Assembly: GCA_002794465.1 (NCBI GenBank) | Contig: MTSL01000183.1 | Coordinates: forward strand, 1 to 18,410 | Origin: Paramicrosporidium saccamoebae KSL3 | Taxonomy: Eukaryota; Fungi; Cryptomycota | Length of the DNA stretch: 18,410 bases | Reading direction: 5' to 3' | Shown: positions 1-8,541 of the stretch, piece by piece | Layout: each line of letters begins with the position of its first letter | Position numbering within the stretch: position 1 is the stretch's first letter | The notes under the pieces: generated by a model | The model's input: the letters and a program-made list of their open reading frames with translations, nothing else | Databases searched by the model: none | What the model was told of the DNA's origin: nothing | Position numbers and translations under genes: made by a program

Positions 1-138
1 CACGCAAAGGGTCGCGGAAAGCGCCGCTCGACGGTGCGCTGGTACAAAACAAAGAAGAATCACAAGGGATTTTGCGTCCACGTCGTCCGAAGACGTGAGA
101 TTGTAACCCAGCGCGAGGTTCTTCGAGGGAAGAATTAG
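1..138 (+). CDS. 3' end of an unidentified basic protein (partial, runs off the window)
   Basis: Frame 1 is open from base 1 (HAKGRGKRRSTVRWYKTKKNHKGFCVHVVRRREIVTQREVLRGKN) to TAG 136-138, followed by AT-rich 3'-UTR-like sequence with AATAAA. No family recognised. Confidence 0.4.
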   Translation, partial: HAKGRGKRRSTVRWYKTKKNHKGFCVHVVRRREIVTQREVLRGKN

Positions 139-282
139 AATGTTTAATGAAATAACAGCTGTAAAATAAAGCCTCCAGTATGTAAACTACGTCTTACAAT
201 TTACCATCCGACGACAGATTATACATGTCCGTTGGTGGATGGCGCTCAGCTCGCCTATCATCACAGTCAGCTCTCGACCCAT

Positions 283-336
283 CCAATGGAAACGTCTAAG
301 AACGGGTCTCATTGGCAGCGGTGTCAATGAGCCAAT
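283..336. promoter_or_regulatory. CCAAT-box cluster upstream of the 605-aa ORF
   Basis: CCAAT 283-287, ATTGG 311-315 and CCAAT 332-336 lie within 54 bp, 56-110 bp upstream of ATG 393. Confidence 0.4.
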
Positions 337-392
337 AAGCCGACCAAAGCTCTTGGGAATAAATTCAGACCGGCAAAGATGGAGCCATCAAT

Positions 393-2210
393 ATGAAGAC
401 TGCCTGGTGCTTTGTCCTTTCGATTGTTGCAGCGGCTTCAGCATCCGAGCCCGTCGCCACTACTTTGGCTGTTCCTGAAACTTCCACAACGGCAACTGCG
501 GTGCCGACAGAGTCCTCCGCCAAGACAGAATGCAAAAAGGCGACACATGGCGGTTCGCATGTAAAGATCCATATGGATCTGGCCCAGAAAGGAGCCACAA
601 AGGAGGAGAAACGTAATATGGCCACCCTCGCAAAAGGCGTATTCAAGGGCGTCGCATCAGTTCATAACCAAATCTCTCACACAAAGTCCAAGACCACCGA
701 TTGCGCCAGCTCTGCAAAGACACCCAGTGACTCAGAGTCCAAGGCTGCAAAGTATAACCGCTCGAAAATTAGCAAGTCAAAATATAAAAACTCAAGACGC
801 AAAGGCCTTGATGCTCACAAATTCATTCTGTCTCAACTGAACAAGATTTTAAACAAGAGAGCACAGCCGTGCAACTGTAAGAAATCCTACCGATACTTTA
901 GGGCAAGCAAGACTGTAGCCAAAAGCGTCCGTGAGCTCAAGTCAAAGGAAGCGCGAGTACTCGCCAAGCTTGCTTCCAAAGATGTCTGCGGCGCAGAGAA
1001 ACATCGCCTTTTGTCCAAGCTTAGTCACATTAGGGCTCTTCAGAGACGCATGCACAAGAACCGATTTGGGCCGCGAACGATTGGCAAGAAAAATTGTCAG
1101 TGGAGAAACAGCAAGTATGGAAATTCCAAGACTTTTGGACGTTTGGCAAAGCCCAACAAGAACTTGAAGACTAAAAAGTTAAAATCAAAGACCTACTCCT
1201 CAAGTATGTCAAGTAAGCGTTCCAAGATGGCAAAGATGTCTGTTTCTGGGAAAAAGACTGTAGCCACTTCGAGCGCAAGACAAACTGGTCCCATGAAAAA
1301 TGTGGCTTTTGTCAAGAACAAAACTGCAAAGGGGTCCAAATTCAAGTACTCGAAGAAAAATGGATCTTTAAAGCCGGCTTACAAAAAGCCAAAGAAGGCT
1401 GCTCAGCAACAGCCAAGCCCAGTAAACGAATCAACACCTCAACAGCAAGCTAAAATGACACCAGATCCACTGCCCGAACAAAAGGCCCAACCGCAGTCGA
1501 CGTTGCAAAGTGGTTCTAATGTCCAAGCAAATACAGTAGCACCAGTGTTAAATCCCAGTGTCACTGTTCCCAATATGACTCAAAAGGTCCCAAAAACTCC
1601 AGCTCAGCGAGCTGCCAAGTTGCAATCAAAACTACATGGAGGACCAAATCCCCAATCTCAAACAAATGAAACGGCCTCATTGGCAAATTCCAACACGGCT
1701 GCTCCCAGTACACCTCACAAGGTGCCAAAAACCTTTGCTCAGCGAGCTGCCAAGCTACAATCAAAACTACATGGAGGATCAAAGACCCAAGGTCAGGCAA
1801 ATACAGCAACTCCATTAGCACATTCCAGCGCTGCTGCTCCTAACACGGCTCACAAAGCACCAAAAACTATAGCTCAAAGAGCCGCCAAGCTGCAAAGAAA
1901 ATTGAACAATGGGTCCCAACCATCTGCGCAGTCGACTGCCGCTCCGACCACTTCTTCGGCAACGCAAACTTCTAGCACCCCGTCCACTGTAACCCCCACA
2001 AATGCCAATGGCGCTGCACCCTTGGCAGCTCCACAGACTAGCCCTACGGCTGCTGACCCGACCAAGGTCTACACTCGTTCTCAAGTTCACAAGATCTACC
2101 AATCTAGCAGACCGCTACGCAAATTGCTAAAGCGCATTGCCTATACAATCGTCGGCTGGGCAGTTGCCACTGCTAAAGAGCAGCAAGCAGCTGCAGTCGC
2201 ATCAAAATAG
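393..2210 (+). CDS. Predicted secreted, Lys-rich protein with internal 45-aa repeats (605 aa, hypothetical)
   Basis: Long uninterrupted ORF. N-terminal signal-peptide-like MKTAWCFVLSIVAAASAS, then a Thr-rich linker, a basic region (62 Lys in 292 aa, nt 522-1397) containing 6 Cys, and a Q/P/S/T/A-rich repeat half. Confidence 0.85.
   Translation: MKTAWCFVLSIVAAASASEPVATTLAVPETSTTATAVPTESSAKTECKKATHGGSHVKIHMDLAQKGATKEEKRNMATLAKGVFKGVASVHNQISHTKSKTTDCASSAKTPSDSESKAAKYNRSKISKSKYKNSRRKGLDAHKFILSQLNKILNKRAQPCNCKKSYRYFRASKTVAKSVRELKSKEARVLAKLASKDVCGAEKHRLLSKLSHIRALQRRMHKNRFGPRTIGKKNCQWRNSKYGNSKTFGRLAKPNKNLKTKKLKSKTYSSSMSSKRSKMAKMSVSGKKTVATSSARQTGPMKNVAFVKNKTAKGSKFKYSKKNGSLKPAYKKPKKAAQQQPSPVNESTPQQQAKMTPDPLPEQKAQPQSTLQSGSNVQANTVAPVLNPSVTVPNMTQKVPKTPAQRAAKLQSKLHGGPNPQSQTNETASLANSNTAAPSTPHKVPKTFAQRAAKLQSKLHGGSKTQGQANTATPLAHSSAAAPNTAHKAPKTIAQRAAKLQRKLNNGSQPSAQSTAAPTTSSATQTSSTPSTVTPTNANGAAPLAAPQTSPTAADPTKVYTRSQVHKIYQSSRPLRKLLKRIAYTIVGWAVATAKEQQAAAVASK
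1584..1988 (+). repeat. In-frame tandem repeat, 3 units, exact 135-nt (45-aa) period
   Basis: Units start at 1584, 1719 and 1854: KVPKTPAQRAAKLQSKLHGG / KVPKTFAQRAAKLQSKLHGG / KAPKTIAQRAAKLQRKLNNG, each followed by an S/T/A/N/P-rich spacer. The third unit diverges in its second half. Confidence 0.92.
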
Positions 2211-2276
2211 TGTAGTTTCAGTGAAAGTAAACTATTAATCTTATAAAATGACGTGTTTGGATAGACTTGAACCTTA

Positions 2277-2666
2277 ATGTCTACTACTCGAGGAATACGA
2301 CGGACAGAACAGAATCGCATCGCACAGCGTTCCTTCAGGCAACGTCAGTTAAACTACATTAGAGATTTGGAGGAAAGGATACGGCAGTTGGAGTGCATCA
2401 CCGAGGAGACTCGAAATCTCCGCCGCCGAGTAATATTTCTAGAGGGACTAGTCAGTAAGACTAATTGCGAGTATGATCTAGCCAAAGCAATGCGGGATCC
2501 CAAAAATGACCCAACACTTGCGCCGCAGTATCTAGATGACGACGAGACTTCAATACTTACGAGCGCACCAAGCCCAACACTTTCGGCACCCCCTTGCCCT
2601 CGTTCTCGAAACGTTCCTTCACGAATGACCGTAGCCAAGCGACTGGCAGACCAAATGAGTGAATAG
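2277..2666 (+). CDS. bZIP transcription factor, Yap/AP-1-like basic region (129 aa)
   Basis: RRTEQNRIAQRSFRQRQ matches the fungal Yap-type QNRxAQRxFR basic motif and is followed by a heptad zipper (IRDLEERIRQLECITEETRNLRRRVIFLEGL). Confidence 0.85.
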   Translation: MSTTRGIRRTEQNRIAQRSFRQRQLNYIRDLEERIRQLECITEETRNLRRRVIFLEGLVSKTNCEYDLAKAMRDPKNDPTLAPQYLDDDETSILTSAPSPTLSAPPCPRSRNVPSRMTVAKRLADQMSE

Positions 2667-2916
2667 GAGGGTTCATATAAGACTGGAAGTGCAAATTCCT
2701 TGATCAGAATCTGTAGTCCGTCTTGTTGTCGTATGACGGGGATATGATCACGACGTTGTCATAATTTGTTTTTGGACAACAGGGAAATGTTATGTGTCAA
2801 CTGTTTTTATGGAATCACCAGCATAGTGTCAATGAATTAAGCCATGGGTACACTAAAGTGTCGATTTGCCCGTTTCGCATTTGGTCCCACAACAACAAAT
2901 GCACGGCTGATCATTC

Positions 2917-3076
2917 TGTGACGTAGAGGCAGAGGATTGACTAGTCGGGTATTTGACGTAGAGGGTTGATTAGTTGCTGGGTATTTGAGGACAGTGGGAT
3001 GTGTATCCATACTATTATAGGATTAGCAGTGAACAACCCCCCTTCCCGTCTGTGGTAATATCTCCACTACGCGACA
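2917..3076. mobile_element. Dispersed ~160-bp non-coding element, copy A (MITE- or solo-LTR-like)
   Basis: 2979-3035 matches 16113-16169 at 54/57 nt, 2922-2956 matches 16088-16122 at 33/35, and 3060-3078 matches 16203-16221 at 18/19. Ends TGTGACGTAG...CTACGCGACA are imperfect inverted repeats (8/10), flanked by ATTC on both sides. The repeat is certain; mobility is inferred. Confidence 0.55.
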
Positions 3077-3127
3077 ATTCCACCATTTTACATTATAGTA
3101 ATTTTTACAGTTAACATCATATTGCGG

Positions 3128-4549
3128 TTACTTGAAGATGGCAACAGACTTTGGATTGGTCACTGTATCGTATCCAAGCTTACTGAGGGAAAGTCCTAGT
3201 CCAGAGCACTTGCGTCCATTCCAAGAAAGTCCAGGATCTACAAAATTATGATAGCTCTAAACATTTATACGGAGCCAGTCGCATTTGTTCATATACACTG
3301 AGCCGGAGTCAAAAAGATGCGCATTCCCCTCAACAAACGAAGGATCAGATGTCCAGATCGAAGTGGTTAAACCGTAGGGTGTTTCGTTGATACGGACGAT
3401 AGCCTCCTCGTCGCTGGTTACGCGACAGATGGCAACATTTGGGCCAAAGACTTCAGTCGTTAGTATCGTGGAGTCTCTTTTCGGCTCAATAAAGGCCACC
3501 GGCGCAAGAAACGTAGGGTTTACGGAAAATTCAGGAGGAACTTGTAGTCTCAGGACCCTTGAGCTGCCCTGCTGATCAGACAGAGCAAGCATAATGTTCT
3601 TGGCAGCATCCTCAGTAACAACTGGCCCTAACAGTGTTGCTGGATTTCGAGGATCTCCTAACTTGTAGTCTTGCATCGCAGACTCAAATAATGAAACAAA
3701 GGCGTCAAACTTTGATTCGTGCACAAATATCCTCTGGATGCCACAGCAAGACTGCCCACTATTAAAGAATGCACCATCGGCCAAGGCCGAGGCGGCTTTT
3801 GTAAGGTCCACATCGTGACGCACATATGCAGCATCACAACCACCTAATTCGAGGCTAACTTTGATAAAGTCGGACTTTCTCGAGGTGCTCCGACTTGCTA
3901 CGGCTTGCCCCGCTCTTATAGATCCCACCAGCGAAATGTAATTGATTTTTGGATGAACTGCTAATGCTTCAGTATTTTCATTTGAGAGATGGACAGACTC
4001 CAAGAGACCTGGTGGGAGGCCGCCTTGGACAAATGCATCCCTGATACTGTCCCCAACTGGCGCCGTCTGGGTCGCGTGTTTAATGATGACTGCGTTCCCC
4101 GCAGCAAGTGCAGGGATCAGTGTATTGACAACGACAAGATAGGGATAATTCCAAGCACCGATGATCAAAACTGTGCCTACGGGCTCCTTTCGAATTGACA
4201 ATTTGTAGGTATCGCTTTCCTCAACGGCAGTCTCTTTTAATTGCTCAGTCGCTAGCTCGAGAAGATAGTTTGCACGATATGCAAAACCCTGGATTTCTCC
4301 GGGTGTGTACCGAATAGGACGTCCAATTAATGCCGTGAGCTCAGCAGAGAGTTTAGCCTCGGCTTCCACTAGTCTGTTTACCCCGCCGCGAAGAATGGAA
4401 ACTCTCTTGTCAACTGAAAGTGACTGCCACTCCTTTTGCTTTGCGTGAGATATTTCAAGGATTTCATCCACGTTGGTGGTGTGCAGAACAGTCTTTACAA
4501 TTGACCCGTCAATTGGGCTGATAATGTCAAAGCTTGAAGAATTGACCAT
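3128..4549 (-). CDS. NAD(P)-dependent aldehyde dehydrogenase (462 aa, 2 exons)
   Basis: ALDH motifs IIGAWNYP, IIKH, VGSIRAG, LELGG (catalytic Glu), NSGQSCC (catalytic Cys), EVFGP and YGLTTSIWT. Removing a 33-nt intron (3238-3270, GTATAA...TGTAG) restores the C-terminus CDWLHPGLSWNGRKCSGLG...PKSVAIFK, with TAA at 3128-3130. Confidence 0.95.
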
Positions 4550-4554
4550 TCGCT

Positions 4555-4613
4555 CTGATTGGTTCGAACCAATTGGTCACCAGCCGTTCGATGCCTCAGC
4601 TACAACCAATCAG
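4555..4613. promoter_or_regulatory. Palindromic CCAAT cluster in the 141-bp divergent promoter
   Basis: Four CCAAT/ATTGG boxes. Perfect 16-bp palindrome ATTGGTTCGAACCAAT at 4558-4573, and a 10-bp inverted repeat CTGATTGGTT (4555-4564) / AACCAATCAG (4604-4613). Confidence 0.55.
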
Positions 4614-4690
4614 GTTGGGTAGACTGGATTATGTTTCGTGCGTGCCTAGTTAACTTGCATCTTTCATGGACAAGACAATTGTAGCGCAAC

Positions 4691-5512
4691 ATGCTAAAGA
4701 ATATTGCACAGGTTGCCATCCTTCTTTCCGTCACCCAGGGACACAATGTCACTGAGCCGAAAATGCCCGTCAAGCCGTACGATTTAGCGTACATGTGGGC
4801 CGACTATGCGTTGGTCTTTGAAAACTATCCGGCTCTTTCGTCTAAGAACCTTACTGAATCTACTATGCGCGATGCCTTTAGTAGCTTTATTGCTCCGCTG
4901 AAAGAATACTGCAGCTCGATCAAAGACAAGAACGTGACCGACGCCAAGCGCAAATCCTCAGTCGTCGGAATGCTGGACCAGCTGGCCAGCCCAGGCTCCT
5001 TCAAACAGGACAAGTTTAACGACGATGACTGGAAGACCAACCAGATGTGGAGCACTGTGATGAAGCAGGATACGCTCAGTAAGGCGCAAAAGACAAGGAA
5101 CGACCTCTACATGGGAATCAAAAAGAAGAACAAGCAAGACAAGGCAATTAAGCAGTACCAAAAAAATCTCAATAGCTATCGGGATGTCATGATGGCGGCA
5201 GAGGAGAAGGAATACAAGACTATGATCACCGACAAGGCCATTGATTGGGATTTATATACCAAGAGATACTTGGAGCTACTAAAGGTGATAAAGAAGGACC
5301 CTGCGAAATATTCCAACAAGGTGCGCGGCTACTTTGCAGTCTGGCTCCATGATGGAAATGCCAATGACGACGTTTTCAAAACTTTGAGCAGAAGCGCAAG
5401 CACAAAGGCGCAGGATAAAATCAAAGATATTTTCTCCACCAGCGATGCCCGTGTCACGATGCCAGCGCTGCAGCTTTCACTCCTCGGAGTTTTGGCCTAT
5501 CTCATGCTGTAG
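4691..5512 (+). CDS. Predicted GPI-anchored surface protein (273 aa, hypothetical)
   Basis: Signal-peptide-like N-terminus MLKNIAQVAILLSVTQG, three N-X-T sequons, and a charged K/D-rich helical body. Small-residue STSDA is followed by a terminal hydrophobic tail (MPALQLSLLGVLAYLML) with no cytosolic residues after it. Confidence 0.8.
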   Translation: MLKNIAQVAILLSVTQGHNVTEPKMPVKPYDLAYMWADYALVFENYPALSSKNLTESTMRDAFSSFIAPLKEYCSSIKDKNVTDAKRKSSVVGMLDQLASPGSFKQDKFNDDDWKTNQMWSTVMKQDTLSKAQKTRNDLYMGIKKKNKQDKAIKQYQKNLNSYRDVMMAAEEKEYKTMITDKAIDWDLYTKRYLELLKVIKKDPAKYSNKVRGYFAVWLHDGNANDDVFKTLSRSASTKAQDKIKDIFSTSDARVTMPALQLSLLGVLAYLML

Positions 5513-5647
5513 GATAACCAAATTATCAGTAAATACGGATAACATGTTGATGTAATGGTTTATTAATTGTAGACAGGATCCAGTAAGTGGATCGAGAGTT
5601 CACCTAAACTGGCCAGGGACGACAGCTCATTCGCCGGTGGTACAGGG

Positions 5648-5992
5648 ATGATGTGCTTTGCATGGTTTATGGCCATCTTCCTCCTGCCGATGTCGACTGC
5701 GCCACCCATCAGCATTCTCGCTATCATCCTCAATATGCTCCTCCTACAACCAACCCGACCGTGTCTGTACTGTGCCCTACTCTTCCTGCTGTTCCTCTTT
5801 ACGCCCATGTATGGAGGGGAGAATTGGCCGAGATGGATGCCTGATAGTATTTGGAGAGATGTGCAACGCAACTGGCAGATGGACTCGGCCGGTAAATTGA
5901 TGCCTGGATTCTGGCAGGCCACGCAGGCGTGGACCAAGTTTTTGTTTGCGACGAGACCCCACCCTGCGACTGCTCCTCAGCTGTTCATCTAG
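5648..5992 (+). CDS. BC10 / BLCAP-family small membrane protein (114 aa)
   Basis: The pattern M-x-C-x-x-W...LLP-x-x-TAPP...hydrophobic...RPCLYCALL resembles the BC10/BLCAP family as I recall it (MxCLxW..LLxP; R/KPCxxC between two TM segments). Recognised by eye, not by HMM. Confidence 0.65.
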   Translation: MMCFAWFMAIFLLPMSTAPPISILAIILNMLLLQPTRPCLYCALLFLLFLFTPMYGGENWPRWMPDSIWRDVQRNWQMDSAGKLMPGFWQATQAWTKFLFATRPHPATAPQLFI

Positions 5993-6066
5993 GAGTGAGT
6001 TTACTCTTGTTCATAAACTTTTTAGAAGATTCTTATTATAAAATGCTTTTATCGGGAACAATAACA

Positions 6067-7761
6067 TTAGTGACGATGGCCAGCGTGGTTTCCGCGCGGA
6101 ACACCATCAGGTCCGACACCTGGAAGTGCCGATTGAAGCTGGTCCGAGTGTTTTGCGGCCTTGACGGTGTAGTCTACAGAGAGAATGGTGCAGGCGGCTT
6201 CAGTGGCAGCGGCAATCAAGTTGGTCTTGACCAAGGCGGGTTCCCAGACAAAGGCTGCCATGTTGTCAGTGACAGACTCGTTGGCAATGTCCACACCAGC
6301 CCAAATTTCACCAGCAGCATGGCGCTTCCTCAGCTGCGTCAAAGTGTCAATGGAGTCAAAGCCAGCATTATCGCACAACTGACGGGGGATGGCCTCAAAT
6401 GCATGAGCATAAGCCAAGACGACCAATTGCAGCTTTCCGGGAATCGTCTTTGCTTGCTCCCGGAGATATCGGGCCAGTCCCATCTCAACTGCACCTCCAC
6501 CGGCCACAATCGTTTGATTCTTCAAGGCTCGACGTACAATCATGATGGCATCGTGCAAGGAGCGTTCTACTTCGGCAATAAACTGCTCAGAGCCTCCACG
6601 AAGGAGCATGGTGCAGGTCTTGGCCTCGGAACAGCCTGAAAAGAAATTATAGCGCTTCTCACCCAACTGCCTCTCCTCAAAGCGAGCACAGCTTCCCAAA
6701 TGTTTGCCATGGACGTCATTGACAGTGGTTTGTACAGCGGCACCAGTGGCGGACACCATTCGCTGCAAATCAGAATCCTGAACGCGTCCCGCAGCAAAGA
6801 TTCCACGCTCAGCAAAGTATTGAGTGGCAACATCGCCAATGGCAAGTTTGGAGAGGACGACCATTGCTCCGCTGGCAGCAATTTTATCCAGTTTTTCAAA
6901 CAGAATTGTCCACTCGGCATCGACAATTTTTTGATAGTCTTCAACCTTGTCGATGCGAACTTCGGCATTATCACGCTCAGCCTTCAGTTCCAATTCCAAA
7001 TTCAGCAAAAGAATCTTGGGATTGTCAAAATGTTTGGGCTGCTGCTCAAAGCCGGCATATGAAAATGTCTTTTCAAATGCGACACCGTCGACGAGCAACG
7101 AGTCCTGCATGCCACCTCCAGTGACCTTTTTGGTTCCAATCATTTTTTCATTCAAATCCTCCTGGTCGAGCATGAGCACTGCATCAACTACCATTTTGGA
7201 GAAGAATTCTTGTTGAGACTGAATCAGTTTGGAATTCATGCTGGTGGAGGCGCATTTCTCAAGAAGTGACCGTAGCTCTACAGGGTCGTCGCGTTTGACT
7301 GGGACGGCAATCTCTCGAATACGCTCCAATGCCAACTCGCACGCCATTCGGTACCCTTTAACAAGTATCTGCGGTGCAACATCCTCCTCCACAAACGGTT
7401 TTGCCAGCTTGAGCAGCTCGCCGGCAAGCAAGACGACACTGGTTGTGCCGTCGCCGACCTCGGCGTCCTGTGCCCGAGCAATGTCCACGAGCGTACGTGC
7501 CGCCGGATGCACAATTTCTAAAAGTTTTATAATGGTCGCACCGTCATTGGAGATGGTGGAACGGCCATTGCCGTCCACAATGAGCTTATCCATACCGCGG
7601 GGCCCGAGGGTGGTGGACAGTACTTCGACAACAGACTGACATGCTACAATGTTCGACAGCACCTGTCCCTTTCCCTGCGACGTATCAGTGCCCTCTTTGA
7701 GGATGATAATAGGGGGTCTCTACATTATTAGCTCAATCAAACAACCAACGCTTACAATCAT
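6067..7761 (-). CDS. CCT7: T-complex protein 1 subunit eta (chaperonin CCT7), 552 aa, 2 exons
   Basis: [29 protein letters not shown], the CCT7-specific [16 protein letters not shown], and VAGGGAVE. Exon 1 is ATG ATT (7761-7756), then a 36-nt intron 7720-7755 (GTAAGC...GCTAAT...TGTAG), giving [21 protein letters not shown]. Confidence 0.97.
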
Positions 7762-7841
7762 ATTGGGCCCCATAATTGTTCTGGAAGGTCGGAATCCCCG
7801 GCACGCCAATAGGTGGTGAATGGGTTGGTAGGAGATTTATT

Positions 7842-7891
7842 GAGTTGTGGATTGACTAGTATGAGCTGTACCGAGTTGTGGATTGATTAGT
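7842..7891. repeat. Direct repeat, 2 x 19 bp (GAGTTGTGGATTGAYTAGT), 31-bp spacing
   Basis: Copies at 7842-7860 and 7873-7891 with one mismatch. The core GGATTGAYTAGT resembles sub-repeats inside the dispersed element. Confidence 0.75.
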
Positions 7892-8267
7892 GTGGGGTTT
7901 ACTAAGAATTAAAAAGAGCCTGTGTTCAATATAGTGGTTCAATCGCCCACATTAGCGATAGGCGATGAAACAACCCGCGTTCAGGTAATGAAATCCTCTA
8001 TGTTGAGCATGATCAGATGAGAGACCCTACTCTATAGAGGACATTCAGCCCTACAAGAGATGCTCCCATTAAGCGTGTGCGTTGGTGGCTCCTATACGCA
8101 AGTACAAGGGACCTCGTGTCACATTGGCGTGATCACGCAAATTTGGAAGAAACAAATCCCCTCCCGCATAGTAATGTGCCTGCAGGTCGAGTTGCTAGAA
8201 CACGTCATTCTTACGCTCAATACATAGTCTATTAAGTTCTACACTATACTCTGCGGAATGTCCATGA

Positions 8268-8411
8268 CTAAACTTGGGACATTGAAGTGACAGTAGCCGT
8301 TATCCTCCCACCCGTGCCACACAGAACGGTCAGCACCGCCACAATTCCAACTACAACTAGTGATACCAGCAAGAGAGCCAGAAACACTACCAGAGCATCA
8401 TATGAGAGCAT
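8268..8411 (-). CDS. Possible small single-TM or signal-anchor protein (first exon; may be spliced further)
   Basis: The first true ATG is at 8411 (the track start at 8456 is TTG): MLSYDALVVFLALLLVSLVVVGIVAVLTVLCG, strongly hydrophobic. A CCAAT cluster lies just upstream. Downstream exon structure is unresolved. Confidence 0.35.
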   Translation of the reverse strand: MLSYDALVVFLALLLVSLVVVGIVAVLTVLCGTGGRITATVTSMSQV

Positions 8412-8452
8412 GCTCGCCGGAGACGGGACACTAAGCACTGGGTCGATGGACA

Positions 8453-8534
8453 CCAATCGACCCTAAATCACCGATCACCAATTGGACCGTCCATAAATAC
8501 GCAGCACCAATCACATCTTCTCCATGTTTATTGG
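8453..8534. promoter_or_regulatory. CCAAT-box cluster
   Basis: Five CCAAT/ATTGG in 82 bp (8453, 8478, 8481, 8507, 8530), including the palindrome CCAATTGG, between the FANCI stop and the small minus-strand ORF. Confidence 0.45.
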
Positions 8535-8541
8535 ACAGTTC

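Noticed and set aside
1584-1988. Regularly spaced repeats as a CRISPR-like array
   Set aside because: The repeats are in-frame coding units with homologous spacers in a eukaryotic gene, and there are no cas genes.
2787-2926. Cys/His-containing 44-aa ORF after the bZIP gene, as a possible Yap Cys-rich domain
   Set aside because: No convincing splice link to the bZIP and no match to the Yap C-terminal domain pattern.
3128-4549. Bacterial-looking ALDH as a possible horizontal transfer
   Set aside because: It carries a native-type intron, and to my knowledge this ALDH type also occurs in fungi. The claim cannot be supported without a phylogeny.
4551-4615. tRNA-like signals on the minus strand (TAGCTGAGG A-box-like, GGTTCGAAC T-loop-like)
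   Set aside because: The acceptor stem does not pair and the T-loop would be 6 nt. The pattern is explained by CCAAT palindromes.
5563-5937. 124-aa minus-strand ORF opposite the BC10-like gene
   Set aside because: No recognisable motif, whereas the plus-strand frame has a family-like pattern.
5929-7639. Long plus-strand ORFs (236, 120, 136 aa) opposite CCT7
   Set aside because: Antisense shadows of a highly conserved gene, with no recognisable motifs.
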